Origin: an uncultured Gemmatimonadota bacterium
Lineage (GTDB): Bacteria > Gemmatimonadota > Gemmatimonadetes > Longimicrobiales > Gaopeijiaceae
Assembly (NCBI GenBank): GCA_938030915.1
Contig: CALHIO010000011.1
Location: 1-36,256, forward strand
Direction of reading: 5' to 3'
Length of the DNA stretch: 36,256 nt
Shown here: one piece after another, positions 9,965 to 17,290 of the stretch
Layout: each line of letters opens with the position of its first letter
Position numbering within the stretch: position 1 is the stretch's first letter
Made by a program: the position numbers and the translations under genes
The notes under the pieces: model-generated
What the model saw: only the letters and a program-made list of their open reading frames with translations
Told to the model about the DNA's origin: nothing
The model's database searches: none

Positions 9965-9980
9965 CAGAATTAGAATTCTG
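9965..9980. promoter_or_regulatory. Perfect palindrome CAGAATT-AG-AATTCTG, candidate TetR operator
   Basis: 7-bp perfect inverted repeat in an AT-rich patch. It lies 17 nt upstream of the TetR GTG start and just 5' of the AAAGGAG Shine-Dalgarno. Confidence 0.5.
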
Positions 9981-9996
9981 TTTCAAAGGAGTTTGA

Positions 9997-10662
9997 GTGA
10001 CCGCACCGAAGACAGCACGGATCCGGCCCCCTAAGCAATCCCGCTCGAAGCGAACACTCGAGCGCATCGTGGAGGCCTCCCTGGAGCTTCTCGCTACGGA
10101 GGGCCTCGCCGGATTGACCGTGCACAGGGTCGTCGCGAGGGCGGACTCCTCGGTCGGCTCGTTCTACGCACGTTTCGACGGAAAGGACGAGCTCCTCGAC
10201 TACCTCGGCGAGCGCGTATGGACCGAGGCCCTGGAGCGATGGGAGACCGCTCTGCAGACACGAGACTGGTCGGCCCTCGATCTCGCGGACGTCGTGGAGG
10301 GCGCGGTTGGCCTGCTCATCGATGCTCAGCGCTCCCGGTCCGCGTACCTCAAGGCCCTCGATTGGGCCTCGGGACGTCAGGGTGACGCGTACGAAGCCTT
10401 CCGGAACGAGTTGCTCCAGGGGCTGCGGCAACTGATTCTCCAGAATCGGGGCGATATCGCACACGATGACCCCGAGCTCGCGGTGCGTCTCGGCTTGCGC
10501 GGAGTACTCGGCGTCGTCGACTCGGAATTCCGTGCGACGCAGGATCGGCTCCCCCGCGATGTTCTGATCGAGGAGTGTCGCTCCATGCTCATGAGCTACC
10601 TGACCGGTGACGCTGGCGAGGGGCGCACGGGAGGCGTCGACTTCTTCGAGGTCTGGGGCTGA
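9997..10662 (+). CDS. TetR/AcrR-family transcriptional regulator
   Basis: N-terminal HTH block RSKRTLERIVEASLELLATEGLAGLTVHRVVARADSSVGSFYARFDGKDELL. GTG start with an AAAGGAG SD. Confidence 0.85.
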   Translation: MTAPKTARIRPPKQSRSKRTLERIVEASLELLATEGLAGLTVHRVVARADSSVGSFYARFDGKDELLDYLGERVWTEALERWETALQTRDWSALDLADVVEGAVGLLIDAQRSRSAYLKALDWASGRQGDAYEAFRNELLQGLRQLILQNRGDIAHDDPELAVRLGLRGVLGVVDSEFRATQDRLPRDVLIEECRSMLMSYLTGDAGEGRTGGVDFFEVWG

Positions 10663-10826
10663 CGGACGCGGCATAACCTTTTGCCATCTTCGGTGTCTTC
10701 TATCTTGTAGGGCTCCGTCGCAGGGGCGAACTGGATGGCAATGTTCGCGCGCTTCGGGCGTATGAATTCACGCCACAGGGGCAAAGGGCGGCTCTCGGGT
10801 CGGACCTTTGAATCAGACTGACGCAG

Positions 10827-12197
10827 GTGAGAATGAAGGTCGGCGATATTCGAGCAGCTACGCGCGTGGTCCTCGTCGCGGTGATCGCGATGCTGATGGG
10901 TGGACCCGGCGTAATGGCACAGGAACAGCCGACGGCCGCAGTTGCCGGCCTCGTGTTCGACAGTACGGCCATGACACCGCTGGTCGGTGCGCGCGTGGCC
11001 GTGATGGGGACGAGTGCCCTCGGCACGACGGATGAAAGCGGGCGCTTCCTTCTCCGGGACGTGCCGGTCGGTGAGTACTGGGTGTCCTTCTTTCATCCGC
11101 GGCTGCAGGAGCTCGGGGTAAGCGCCCCTCCGCGCCAACTCCAGCTCACCCCCGGGATCACCGCGAATGCCATTCTCTCGGTGCCGTCCGAAGAGACGCT
11201 CCTGATGGGATGGTGCCTCGCCGAGCAGCCTCCCGCAGGTTCTGCGGCGATCGCCGGCTTCGTGACGGACTCCATCACCGGAGTTCCCATGCCTCGCGCG
11301 ATCGTGACCGCCGAGCGCGTCGGAGGAATTTCAGGCATGCGGCCGTTGGAGGTTCGTACCGACGACTCGGGCTACTTCCGCATGTGTTCCGTGCGGGGAG
11401 ATGAAGATCTCAAGCTTCAGGCGAAGTTTGGCGCAAGCTCCGGCCGGAGTGTGGAGGTCTACGTGCCCACTGGCACTGCTCAGCTCCAGGACCTGGTCCT
11501 GCTGATGTCCGCCGAGGGGACACTCGCTGGGTATGTGCGCGATTACATGACCAATGACCCGGTGTCGGGTGCCGTCGTATCCGTCGCGGGGACTACGAGT
11601 TCCACGCTGACCGACATCACGGGCCGCTTCGTGCTGGATGACCTCCCTCCCGGCCGCCACCTCGTCACCACGGATCATATCGCATTCGAGGAGCGGACCG
11701 ACTCGGTCACGGTATTCAGCGAGGAGACGGTCGATATCGAGGTCAGGATGGCCACGGAGGCTCTCGAGGTCGAAGGCCTAGTGGTCACCGCCCGGACCCG
11801 ATTCGGCAGGACGAGTCTGGCAGGCGATGCGAAGCGGGCTGACTTCATGTCTCGGGAGGAGATCGAAGTCCTGCTTCCTCGGGTTACGGCAACCGAAGAT
11901 CTGCTCCGCAACATGAACACTCCCGGACTACGGATCCGGAACGTGTACCAGGTAGATCAGCTGACGGGCGTGATGATTCCCGCCCTCTGCATCGAGGTGA
12001 GTCGGCGTGGCGGAGGGGAGGGCTGCCAACCTGCGGCTGTCGCGCTCAACGACGTCCTGATCCCCTTCCCAGAGCAGTTCCTGCAGGACCTGGATCCCAA
12101 CATCATCGATCGTATCGAGATCATCAGTCCGATCGACGCACAGTTCCAGTTTGGGACGGCTGCCGGAAACGGCGTCGTCGCCATCTACACGCGCTGA
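10827..12197 (+). CDS. Exported protein with three carboxypeptidase-regulatory-like (CarboxypepD_reg) repeats and a C-terminal TonB-plug-like domain, no beta-barrel
   Basis: Signal peptide ending VMAQEQ. Three repeats of the type GxVxDxxxxxPxxGAxV...DxxGxFxxxxxPxGxY. C-terminus: MSREEIEVL...LLRNMNTPGLRI...IIDRIEIISPIDAQFQFGTAAGNGVVAIYTR. The start is either GTG at 10827 or ATG at 10833. Confidence 0.75.
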   Translation: MRMKVGDIRAATRVVLVAVIAMLMGGPGVMAQEQPTAAVAGLVFDSTAMTPLVGARVAVMGTSALGTTDESGRFLLRDVPVGEYWVSFFHPRLQELGVSAPPRQLQLTPGITANAILSVPSEETLLMGWCLAEQPPAGSAAIAGFVTDSITGVPMPRAIVTAERVGGISGMRPLEVRTDDSGYFRMCSVRGDEDLKLQAKFGASSGRSVEVYVPTGTAQLQDLVLLMSAEGTLAGYVRDYMTNDPVSGAVVSVAGTTSSTLTDITGRFVLDDLPPGRHLVTTDHIAFEERTDSVTVFSEETVDIEVRMATEALEVEGLVVTARTRFGRTSLAGDAKRADFMSREEIEVLLPRVTATEDLLRNMNTPGLRIRNVYQVDQLTGVMIPALCIEVSRRGGGEGCQPAAVALNDVLIPFPEQFLQDLDPNIIDRIEIISPIDAQFQFGTAAGNGVVAIYTR

Positions 12198-12228
12198 CCG
12201 TTCATTCCGACCTGACCTCAGGGCGCTC

Positions 12229-12687
12229 ATGTCGCACAGGACACTGCCCCTCGCTCTGCTCCTCTCCATGGCTTTGATGTCCGGGTGCTGGGGTGGTCCC
12301 AGGCACACCCTCGGTATGCAGGGCGGCATGCTCGCACCGTGCCCCTCCTCGCCGAACTGCGTCCATACGGGTCTGCGGCATCCCGAGGGGACGCTCGGCA
12401 TGTTCGGCGACGCGGATGTCCCCCGGGAGGAGTGGATGAACCGGATCGCCGCGGTTGTCGCCGAACTGCCACGGACGACGATCATCACCCGAGACGCCGA
12501 CTACCTGCACGCCGAGGTGACCAGCCGGATCTTCCGGTTCGTCGACGACCTCGAGATCGGAATCGGCCCGGACGACGAGATTCTGGTCCGTTCGTCGTCG
12601 CGGGTCGGTCGGAGCGACCTGGGCGTGAACGCCGCCCGGGTCGAGGACCTGCGCACGCGACTGAAGGCCGCCGGGGCGATTCGCTAG
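12229..12687 (+). CDS. DUF1499-family lipoprotein
   Basis: An internal ATG at 12229 gives MSHRTLPLALLLSMALMSGC (lipobox). Family blocks: CPSSPNCVHT, YLHAEVTSRIFRFVDDLEI and VRSSSRVGRSDLGVN. Confidence 0.85.
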   Translation: MSHRTLPLALLLSMALMSGCWGGPRHTLGMQGGMLAPCPSSPNCVHTGLRHPEGTLGMFGDADVPREEWMNRIAAVVAELPRTTIITRDADYLHAEVTSRIFRFVDDLEIGIGPDDEILVRSSSRVGRSDLGVNAARVEDLRTRLKAAGAIR

Positions 12688-12690
12688 AGC

Positions 12691-12713
12691 GCCGGGACGA
12701 TTCGGATCCCGGC
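12691..12713. terminator. Hairpin between convergent genes (terminator-like)
   Basis: GCCGGGA-N9-TCCCGGC, a 7-bp stem, between the DUF1499 stop (12687) and the PD40 stop (12721). Confidence 0.4.
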
Positions 12714-12720
12714 CCTGGCT

Positions 12721-13659
12721 CTACGGGCGGTGCGTCAGCTCGGCGAGGCCGAGCGCTGCAGCCTCCACGTACCAGATGTCGTAATAGCCGCTCTGCATGT
12801 CCCGGTCCGTGGCGAAGAAGAAGAACCGACCGTCGGGAGAAAAGCTCGGGTACCCATCGTTCGCGGGTGAGTTGAACGGCGCGGGGAGCAGAACCGGTGC
12901 ACCCCAACCGAACTCGTTTCTCCTCGATACGTACAGGTCCTGACCGCCAGGTGCGGATGCATCTCGATACGCCTGGAAGACGATGAATTGGCCGTCGGGT
13001 GACAACACCGCGTTCATTTCGTCACCCGTCGAGTTGATCCGCAGCGGTACAGGCGGGCCGTACCTTCCGTCGGGCTGGAGTTCCGAGCGGACGATGTCCG
13101 CACCCCAGTCGGGGTCGATACGGGACCAGTAGAGAATGGACAGGTCCGTGAGCAGAGTTGCGCCGAGCTCGGTGCCCGTCACGAAGTCGTCTGCCTCAGA
13201 CCGCGGCTGGTTCACGCTCCCGGGGAGCGGGGACGGAATGCCCCAATCGACACCGCTTCGACGAACTACCCAGAGATTGTCGCTCCGATCACCCGAGCCG
13301 GGCATCAGGCGGCGAGACGCGAAAATCATCGTCCGACCGTCGCGCGAGATGCTGGGCGACTCGTCGTGCTCTCCAGCGAACGGGATGAGGGACGGATCGG
13401 TCCATGCGCCCTCCCGGTACCGCGTGACGAAGATCTGCGCGGGGCCACGCCGCCCACGACGCGTGAAATAGGCCTCCCGCCCGTCGGGGCTGAACGTGAT
13501 GCCGTACTCTCGCATTCCAGTGGAGACTACGTCCGGTGCAAACGCCCTCGGGCGCGCTACGTCCTCGGTGAGCCATTCGGCCGGTTTGTCCGCATCACAC
13601 GCCTGCGTCGCGATGGCGATCCACGCTGGTGCGACCGCGGTCCGCAGCCGCGAAAGCAC
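12721..13659 (-). CDS. Exported TolB-like beta-propeller protein (PD40/WD40-like repeats)
   Basis: Repeated PD40 signatures: FSPDGREAYF, ISRDGRTMIF, LSPDGQFIVF and FSPDGRFFFF. A GTG at 13659 gives (M)LSRLRTAVAPAWIAIATQAC, a signal-like N-terminus. The listed ORF extends to a GTG at 13776, but that extension is Pro/Arg-rich, so the start is uncertain. Confidence 0.75.
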   Translation of the reverse strand: MLSRLRTAVAPAWIAIATQACDADKPAEWLTEDVARPRAFAPDVVSTGMREYGITFSPDGREAYFTRRGRRGPAQIFVTRYREGAWTDPSLIPFAGEHDESPSISRDGRTMIFASRRLMPGSGDRSDNLWVVRRSGVDWGIPSPLPGSVNQPRSEADDFVTGTELGATLLTDLSILYWSRIDPDWGADIVRSELQPDGRYGPPVPLRINSTGDEMNAVLSPDGQFIVFQAYRDASAPGGQDLYVSRRNEFGWGAPVLLPAPFNSPANDGYPSFSPDGRFFFFATDRDMQSGYYDIWYVEAAALGLAELTHRP

Positions 13660-13788
13660 GCGTCGGCGAGGAGCTGTGGGGACCAAACCCCGTGGTGGCT
13701 CGGCCGAGACAGCCGGGTCGACCAGGTGTGGGCATCGCGGCACGGATAGGCAGGGCTTCCCCCGCAGGCAAGTCACGTGGTTCGCGTC

Positions 13789-14619
13789 CTACGGCTTCGA
13801 CGCTTCGAAGTGGGCGCCGAAGATGGACGCCGCGAATCGCCTCAGCTGCGATGCGTGATCGGGATGCCTCGCCACGTGCGCCTTCACGCCCGGATCCTCG
13901 AGAATGAACGCAGTCGGGTACGGGCGCTCGTTCGTGATTCGGACGTCCTCGAACCCGGCGTTCTCGAATTGCTGCAGGTACACGTCACGGAAGGTCGGCA
14001 GGCACGCGGCGACGGAGTCCAGATTGCGCTCCATGACATCCGGAATCGGAACGTCCGAAACCATATCCGAGACGACGAGGCGTCCGCCCGGCTTCAGGAC
14101 GCGAAACGCCTCGGCCATCACTCTCGGCTTGTCCGTCGACAAGTTCAGGACGCAGTTGGAGATGATGACGTCGACGGAACGGTCGGCGACCGGTAGTGCC
14201 TCGATCTCCCCCAGCCGGAATTCCACATTCCCATACCCGCCGGCCTCGGCGTTTCGCCGAGCCCGCTCCAGCATCTGTGGCGTCATGTCGACTCCGATCA
14301 CCTTGCCCGTTGACCCGACGGCTGCGGCTGCGAGAAAGCAATCGATGCCGGCACCGGATCCGAGGTCCAGCACGATCTCCCCCTCCGAAAGGGATGCGAT
14401 GGCAGTGGGGTTGCCGCACCCGAGGCCGAGGTTCGCATCATCGGGAAGCTGCGCCAACTCGTCTGCGGAATATCCGATCGACTCGCTGATCTCGCCGGCG
14501 CTCGCCATACCATCGCCACAACAGCTCGGCTCACAGCATCCCGCCTCGCGGGTCGCGGCACGCGCATAGCGGTCTCGAACCGCCTTCTTCACCTCCGAGG
14601 CCTCATGAAGCTCACTCAT
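13789..14619 (-). CDS. arsM: Arsenite S-adenosylmethionine methyltransferase
   Basis: N-terminus: KKAVRDRYARAA...AGCCEPSCC. SAM motif VLDLGSGAGID. The conserved Cys contexts LGLGCGNP, IISNCVLNL and VAACLPTF are present, plus LKPGGRLVVSDMV. Confidence 0.9.
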   Translation of the reverse strand: MSELHEASEVKKAVRDRYARAATREAGCCEPSCCGDGMASAGEISESIGYSADELAQLPDDANLGLGCGNPTAIASLSEGEIVLDLGSGAGIDCFLAAAAVGSTGKVIGVDMTPQMLERARRNAEAGGYGNVEFRLGEIEALPVADRSVDVIISNCVLNLSTDKPRVMAEAFRVLKPGGRLVVSDMVSDVPIPDVMERNLDSVAACLPTFRDVYLQQFENAGFEDVRITNERPYPTAFILEDPGVKAHVARHPDHASQLRRFAASIFGAHFEASKP

Positions 14620-14631
14620 CTAATTTCTTTG

Positions 14632-14651
14632 ATATTGGTAGATACAACTAT
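14632..14651. promoter_or_regulatory. AT-rich imperfect inverted repeat ATATTGG-N6-CAACTAT upstream of arsM (candidate MarR operator)
   Basis: Lies 13-32 nt upstream of the arsM ATG, in the 63-bp marR-arsM spacer. It shares the identical half-site CAACTAT with the site at 15203-15223. The patch is strikingly AT-rich in GC-rich DNA. Confidence 0.4.
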
Positions 14652-14682
14652 TATCGCGCACCCACCGCAGTGTGGCTGCGAC

Positions 14683-15213
14683 TCACGGCACGGTGCAACA
14701 ACTGCCGTTCGACGTATCCACCCGAGCAGCAAAAGACTGACCCAGGCGGCCCACGAGGGTGGTCAGCGCAGCCCGGACCTCGGGTTCGAACCCGCCCAGA
14801 AGGGCACCGTATTCGGCCAGCACATCGGCTTCGATCCTCTGGTGAAGCGCCGCGCCGACCTCCGTGGGGACGAGCAGCACGATTCGGCCATCCGTGGCGG
14901 CCCTGCGCCGCTTGATCAGGCCTTTATCAACCAGTCCGTTGGCGATCCGACTCGCCGTGCTCTTGTCGAGGTAAAGGAACGCGGCCAGGTCGTTGACCGT
15001 CATCGCGCCCGCCTCGAACACGCCCTTCAGGGCGTAGCACTGGCTGACGCTGACATCATGGCAACACGCCCGATCTCGATCGCGAAACTGCACGATACGG
15101 ATCAATTCGCTGAGGGTGGCCGCCAGTCGCCTCGCATCCGAGTCCACGGACCCCCCAGCGTTCGAGACGGGCGACGGCTGCGTCCCATGACGAGAGATGT
15201 TCATAATTGTCAT
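14683..15213 (-). CDS. MarR-family transcriptional regulator, Cys-rich
   Basis: Winged-helix block: VSVSQCYALKGVFEAGAMTVNDLAAFLYLDKSTASRIANGLVDKGLIKRRRAATDGRIVLLVPTEVG. The listed start at 15219 is TTG; ATG at 15213 or 15204 is more likely. Cys motifs: RACCHDVSVSQC and the C-terminal NGSCCTVP. Confidence 0.8.
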   Translation of the reverse strand: MTIMNISRHGTQPSPVSNAGGSVDSDARRLAATLSELIRIVQFRDRDRACCHDVSVSQCYALKGVFEAGAMTVNDLAAFLYLDKSTASRIANGLVDKGLIKRRRAATDGRIVLLVPTEVGAALHQRIEADVLAEYGALLGGFEPEVRAALTTLVGRLGQSFAARVDTSNGSCCTVP

Positions 15214-15223
15214 ATGCAACTAT
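15203..15223. promoter_or_regulatory. AT-rich inverted repeat ATAATTG-N7-CAACTAT at the marR start (candidate autoregulatory operator)
   Basis: The two half-sites match 6/7 as an inverted repeat around a CATATG core. The site overlaps the candidate marR start codons. Same CAACTAT half-site as at 14645-14651. Confidence 0.4.
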
Positions 15224-15266
15224 CATGATCCTCGCGCCCGGGGTCAACCGCGAAGCTTCCTCTGAG

Positions 15267-16193
15267 TCAGCGCATCGCGTCGACTTGATCCATGACGGCC
15301 AGTAACGACCGAGGATCGACGCTGGTCCGCCCGTAGCGCACCACCCAGTGCAGATGCGGCCCCGTGACGCGGCCCGTGGCCCCGACCAGACCGACCGGCT
15401 CACCGGCACGGACTCGATCACCGGCGGACACCAGCTGTTCACTCAGATGGAAGTAGGCGCTGAGGAGGCCCGCGCCGTGATTCAGGTAGACGACGTTACC
15501 CGCCAGCAGGAACGGCTCAACGAGAAGAACTTCACCGTCCACCGCGGCCACCACCGTGTCACCCGGAGCGCCCCGCAGGTCGAGGCCCATATGCCGACTG
15601 GACACTTGCCCGTTGAACACCCGCCCGTCGCCGAATTCACTCGTCACCGGGCTTTCCCGAGGCATGACGACGCGCTCGCCCCAGAGCGGGGGCGTGCGAT
15701 GGGCGCGCGCGGAGGCTTCGCGGGCCCGTGCCCGGTCACGATCGAGCTGGGCCTGGTCTTCCCGACTCGGGGGCGCACCGAAGCGCGGCGCAACGCGAAG
15801 CTGTTCATGCTGGTACGAGCCCGGCGCGACGGGAATCGTGGCGGAGAAGCGCTCCTCTCCGCCCGCTGCGTAGACGACCCGCAGGGCGGCATCGATCCCG
15901 GCTCCCGCACCGATCGGTGCCGCAGCAAACGTCTCGAATACACCGTCTCCGATCGACCGGAAGTGAAGTTCCTCGCCGGCCAGCTCCCCGTGTACTCCGA
16001 GCACGGGCGTGTGGGGCGAAGCGGAGACCCGGACCCGGAACAACGTGCCCTCACTCGGCTCCTCGGGAGACCATGAGATCTCCGGGTCCATCAGCACGAC
16101 AGCCGGCTCAGCCTGGGTAGGCTCGTCGGCACCCATCAAAGTGAGCGCCGCGGAGATGAGGAGCGATCCTGCGACGAGAAGCGTACGAGTCAT
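15267..16193 (-). CDS. M23-family metallopeptidase (peptidoglycan DD-endopeptidase-like), exported
   Basis: Signal peptide MTRTLLVAGSLLISAALTLMGA. M23 motifs HMGLDLRGAPGDTV and YFHLS...GATGRVTGPHLHW. Confidence 0.9.
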   Translation of the reverse strand: MTRTLLVAGSLLISAALTLMGADEPTQAEPAVVLMDPEISWSPEEPSEGTLFRVRVSASPHTPVLGVHGELAGEELHFRSIGDGVFETFAAAPIGAGAGIDAALRVVYAAGGEERFSATIPVAPGSYQHEQLRVAPRFGAPPSREDQAQLDRDRARAREASARAHRTPPLWGERVVMPRESPVTSEFGDGRVFNGQVSSRHMGLDLRGAPGDTVVAAVDGEVLLVEPFLLAGNVVYLNHGAGLLSAYFHLSEQLVSAGDRVRAGEPVGLVGATGRVTGPHLHWVVRYGRTSVDPRSLLAVMDQVDAMR

Positions 16194-16249
16194 CCGATTA
16201 AGCTACAGGATCCCATCCCCTGAGCGAGCCTACGACCGGATACGGGCAG

Positions 16250-16266
16250 TCAATACCTTGTATTGA
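16250..16266. promoter_or_regulatory. Perfect palindrome TCAATAC-CTT-GTATTGA in the divergent M23 / RHH intergenic region
   Basis: 7-bp perfect inverted repeat with a 3-nt spacer. It lies 27 nt upstream of the RHH mini-ORF ATG and is flanked by the AT-rich TATTGATATTTT. Confidence 0.45.
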
Positions 16267-16292
16267 TATTTTCGCGCCGGCAGATCGCCCGC

Positions 16293-16442
16293 ATGCGACA
16301 GAAGACGAGTCAGCTCCAGGGCCGCGTCAGCCCCGAGCAGAAAAGGCAGCTGAAGAAACTCCCCCGAGCGGCGGGCTTGTCGGTGTCGGAGTACGTGCTC
16401 GCAGCCGCACTGCCGAGCGAGAGCGAGGCACTCAGGGGATGA
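16293..16442 (+). CDS. 49-aa ribbon-helix-helix (CopG/MobC/TacA-like) small protein, not in the ORF track
   Basis: Own translation: MRQKTSQLQGRVSPEQKRQLKKLPRAAGLSVSEYVLAAALPSESEALRG*. It shows the RHH pattern of a beta-strand, helix 1, G-x-S-x-S-E-Y and helix 2. Third codon positions are mostly G/C. The stop overlaps the next ATG as ATGA. No clear SD. Confidence 0.45.
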   Translation: MRQKTSQLQGRVSPEQKRQLKKLPRAAGLSVSEYVLAAALPSESEALRG

Positions 16443-16522
16443 GTCACCCCGAGCACGCCCTCGAGCGCATCCGCACCTACCTCAACGACCGGCAGATCCC
16501 GAGTGACCTGGCTGCGCGCTGC

Positions 16523-17290
16523 TCAGCCCTCGCCGGGGTCGCCCTCCGCCGCTTCGAGTGCCTCCAACTGGGCGTGCGCCGCTGTCAGCACATCACGGAA
16601 CATGTCCAGCGGCAGCGCTCCCTGAAGCGGGGGCCATCCCAGAACCACGAACGTCGGCGTACCCCGCACACCTATCTGACCGGCGAGCGTCGTAGCGGAC
16701 GCGATCCTCGGGATTCGCTCGTCCGCATCCATGCACGTGTTGAAGGTGCCCATGTCGATACCGAGACCACTCACCCATCCCTGCACGAGCGAACCGGGGT
16801 CGGAGGAGCGCTTCCAGGCCCCCTGGTCGGCCCAGAGCCGGGCGTTCAAGGCCTCGAAGGCCGCCGGGCTCTGAGCGTATGTGCACTCCACAGCCTCAGT
16901 CACCGCCAGAGAATTCTCGAACATGCCGGTGATGTACGGAACGAACTTCCACTCGACCATCCCGGTCTCGATGAACTCCTCACGGATCGCACCGAAGCTC
17001 TCTTCATGGAATTGACGGCAGAATCCGCACCCGTAGTCCGACATCTCGACGACTTTCACGAGAGCGGTCGTGTCGCCCCGGTTGAAGCCGACCTGAGCCA
17101 CCGATACGCGCGCGCCCTGAGATGCCATTGCCGGGTCCACAGCCAGCGGGGTGGACATGCCATCGCCCGCGGGCTGGGCCAGCAGGGCACGCGTGAGGTC
17201 CTCGGTTCCGTCGGTCTCGGCATCACCGGAGGCACAGGAAGCCGCGCCCACCAGCGCGAAGACGAGGAGCGCTCGGAGTCCTGCGTTCAT
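16523..17290 (-). CDS. DsbA-family thioredoxin-fold thiol:disulfide oxidoreductase, exported
   Basis: An internal ATG at 17290 gives MNAGLRALLVFALVGAASCASG (signal/lipobox). Active site YGCGFCRQF, and a later GTPTFVV cis-Pro-type block. The first 157 codons of the listed 412-aa ORF overlap ccdA out of frame. Confidence 0.85.
   Translation of the reverse strand: MNAGLRALLVFALVGAASCASGDAETDGTEDLTRALLAQPAGDGMSTPLAVDPAMASQGARVSVAQVGFNRGDTTALVKVVEMSDYGCGFCRQFHEESFGAIREEFIETGMVEWKFVPYITGMFENSLAVTEAVECTYAQSPAAFEALNARLWADQGAWKRSSDPGSLVQGWVSGLGIDMGTFNTCMDADERIPRIASATTLAGQIGVRGTPTFVVLGWPPLQGALPLDMFRDVLTAAHAQLEALEAAEGDPGEG

Noticed and set aside
10757-10774. GGCGTATGAATTCACGCC near-palindrome as a second TetR operator
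   Set aside because: It shares only the GAATTC core with the 9965-9980 palindrome, and GAATTC occurs several other times in the window. It is mentioned only as a weak possibility.
14782-14793. GGGTTCGAACCC, reminiscent of a tRNA T-arm
   Set aside because: The loop would be 6 nt and not 7. No acceptor, D or anticodon arms can be built around it. It also lies inside the MarR coding sequence.
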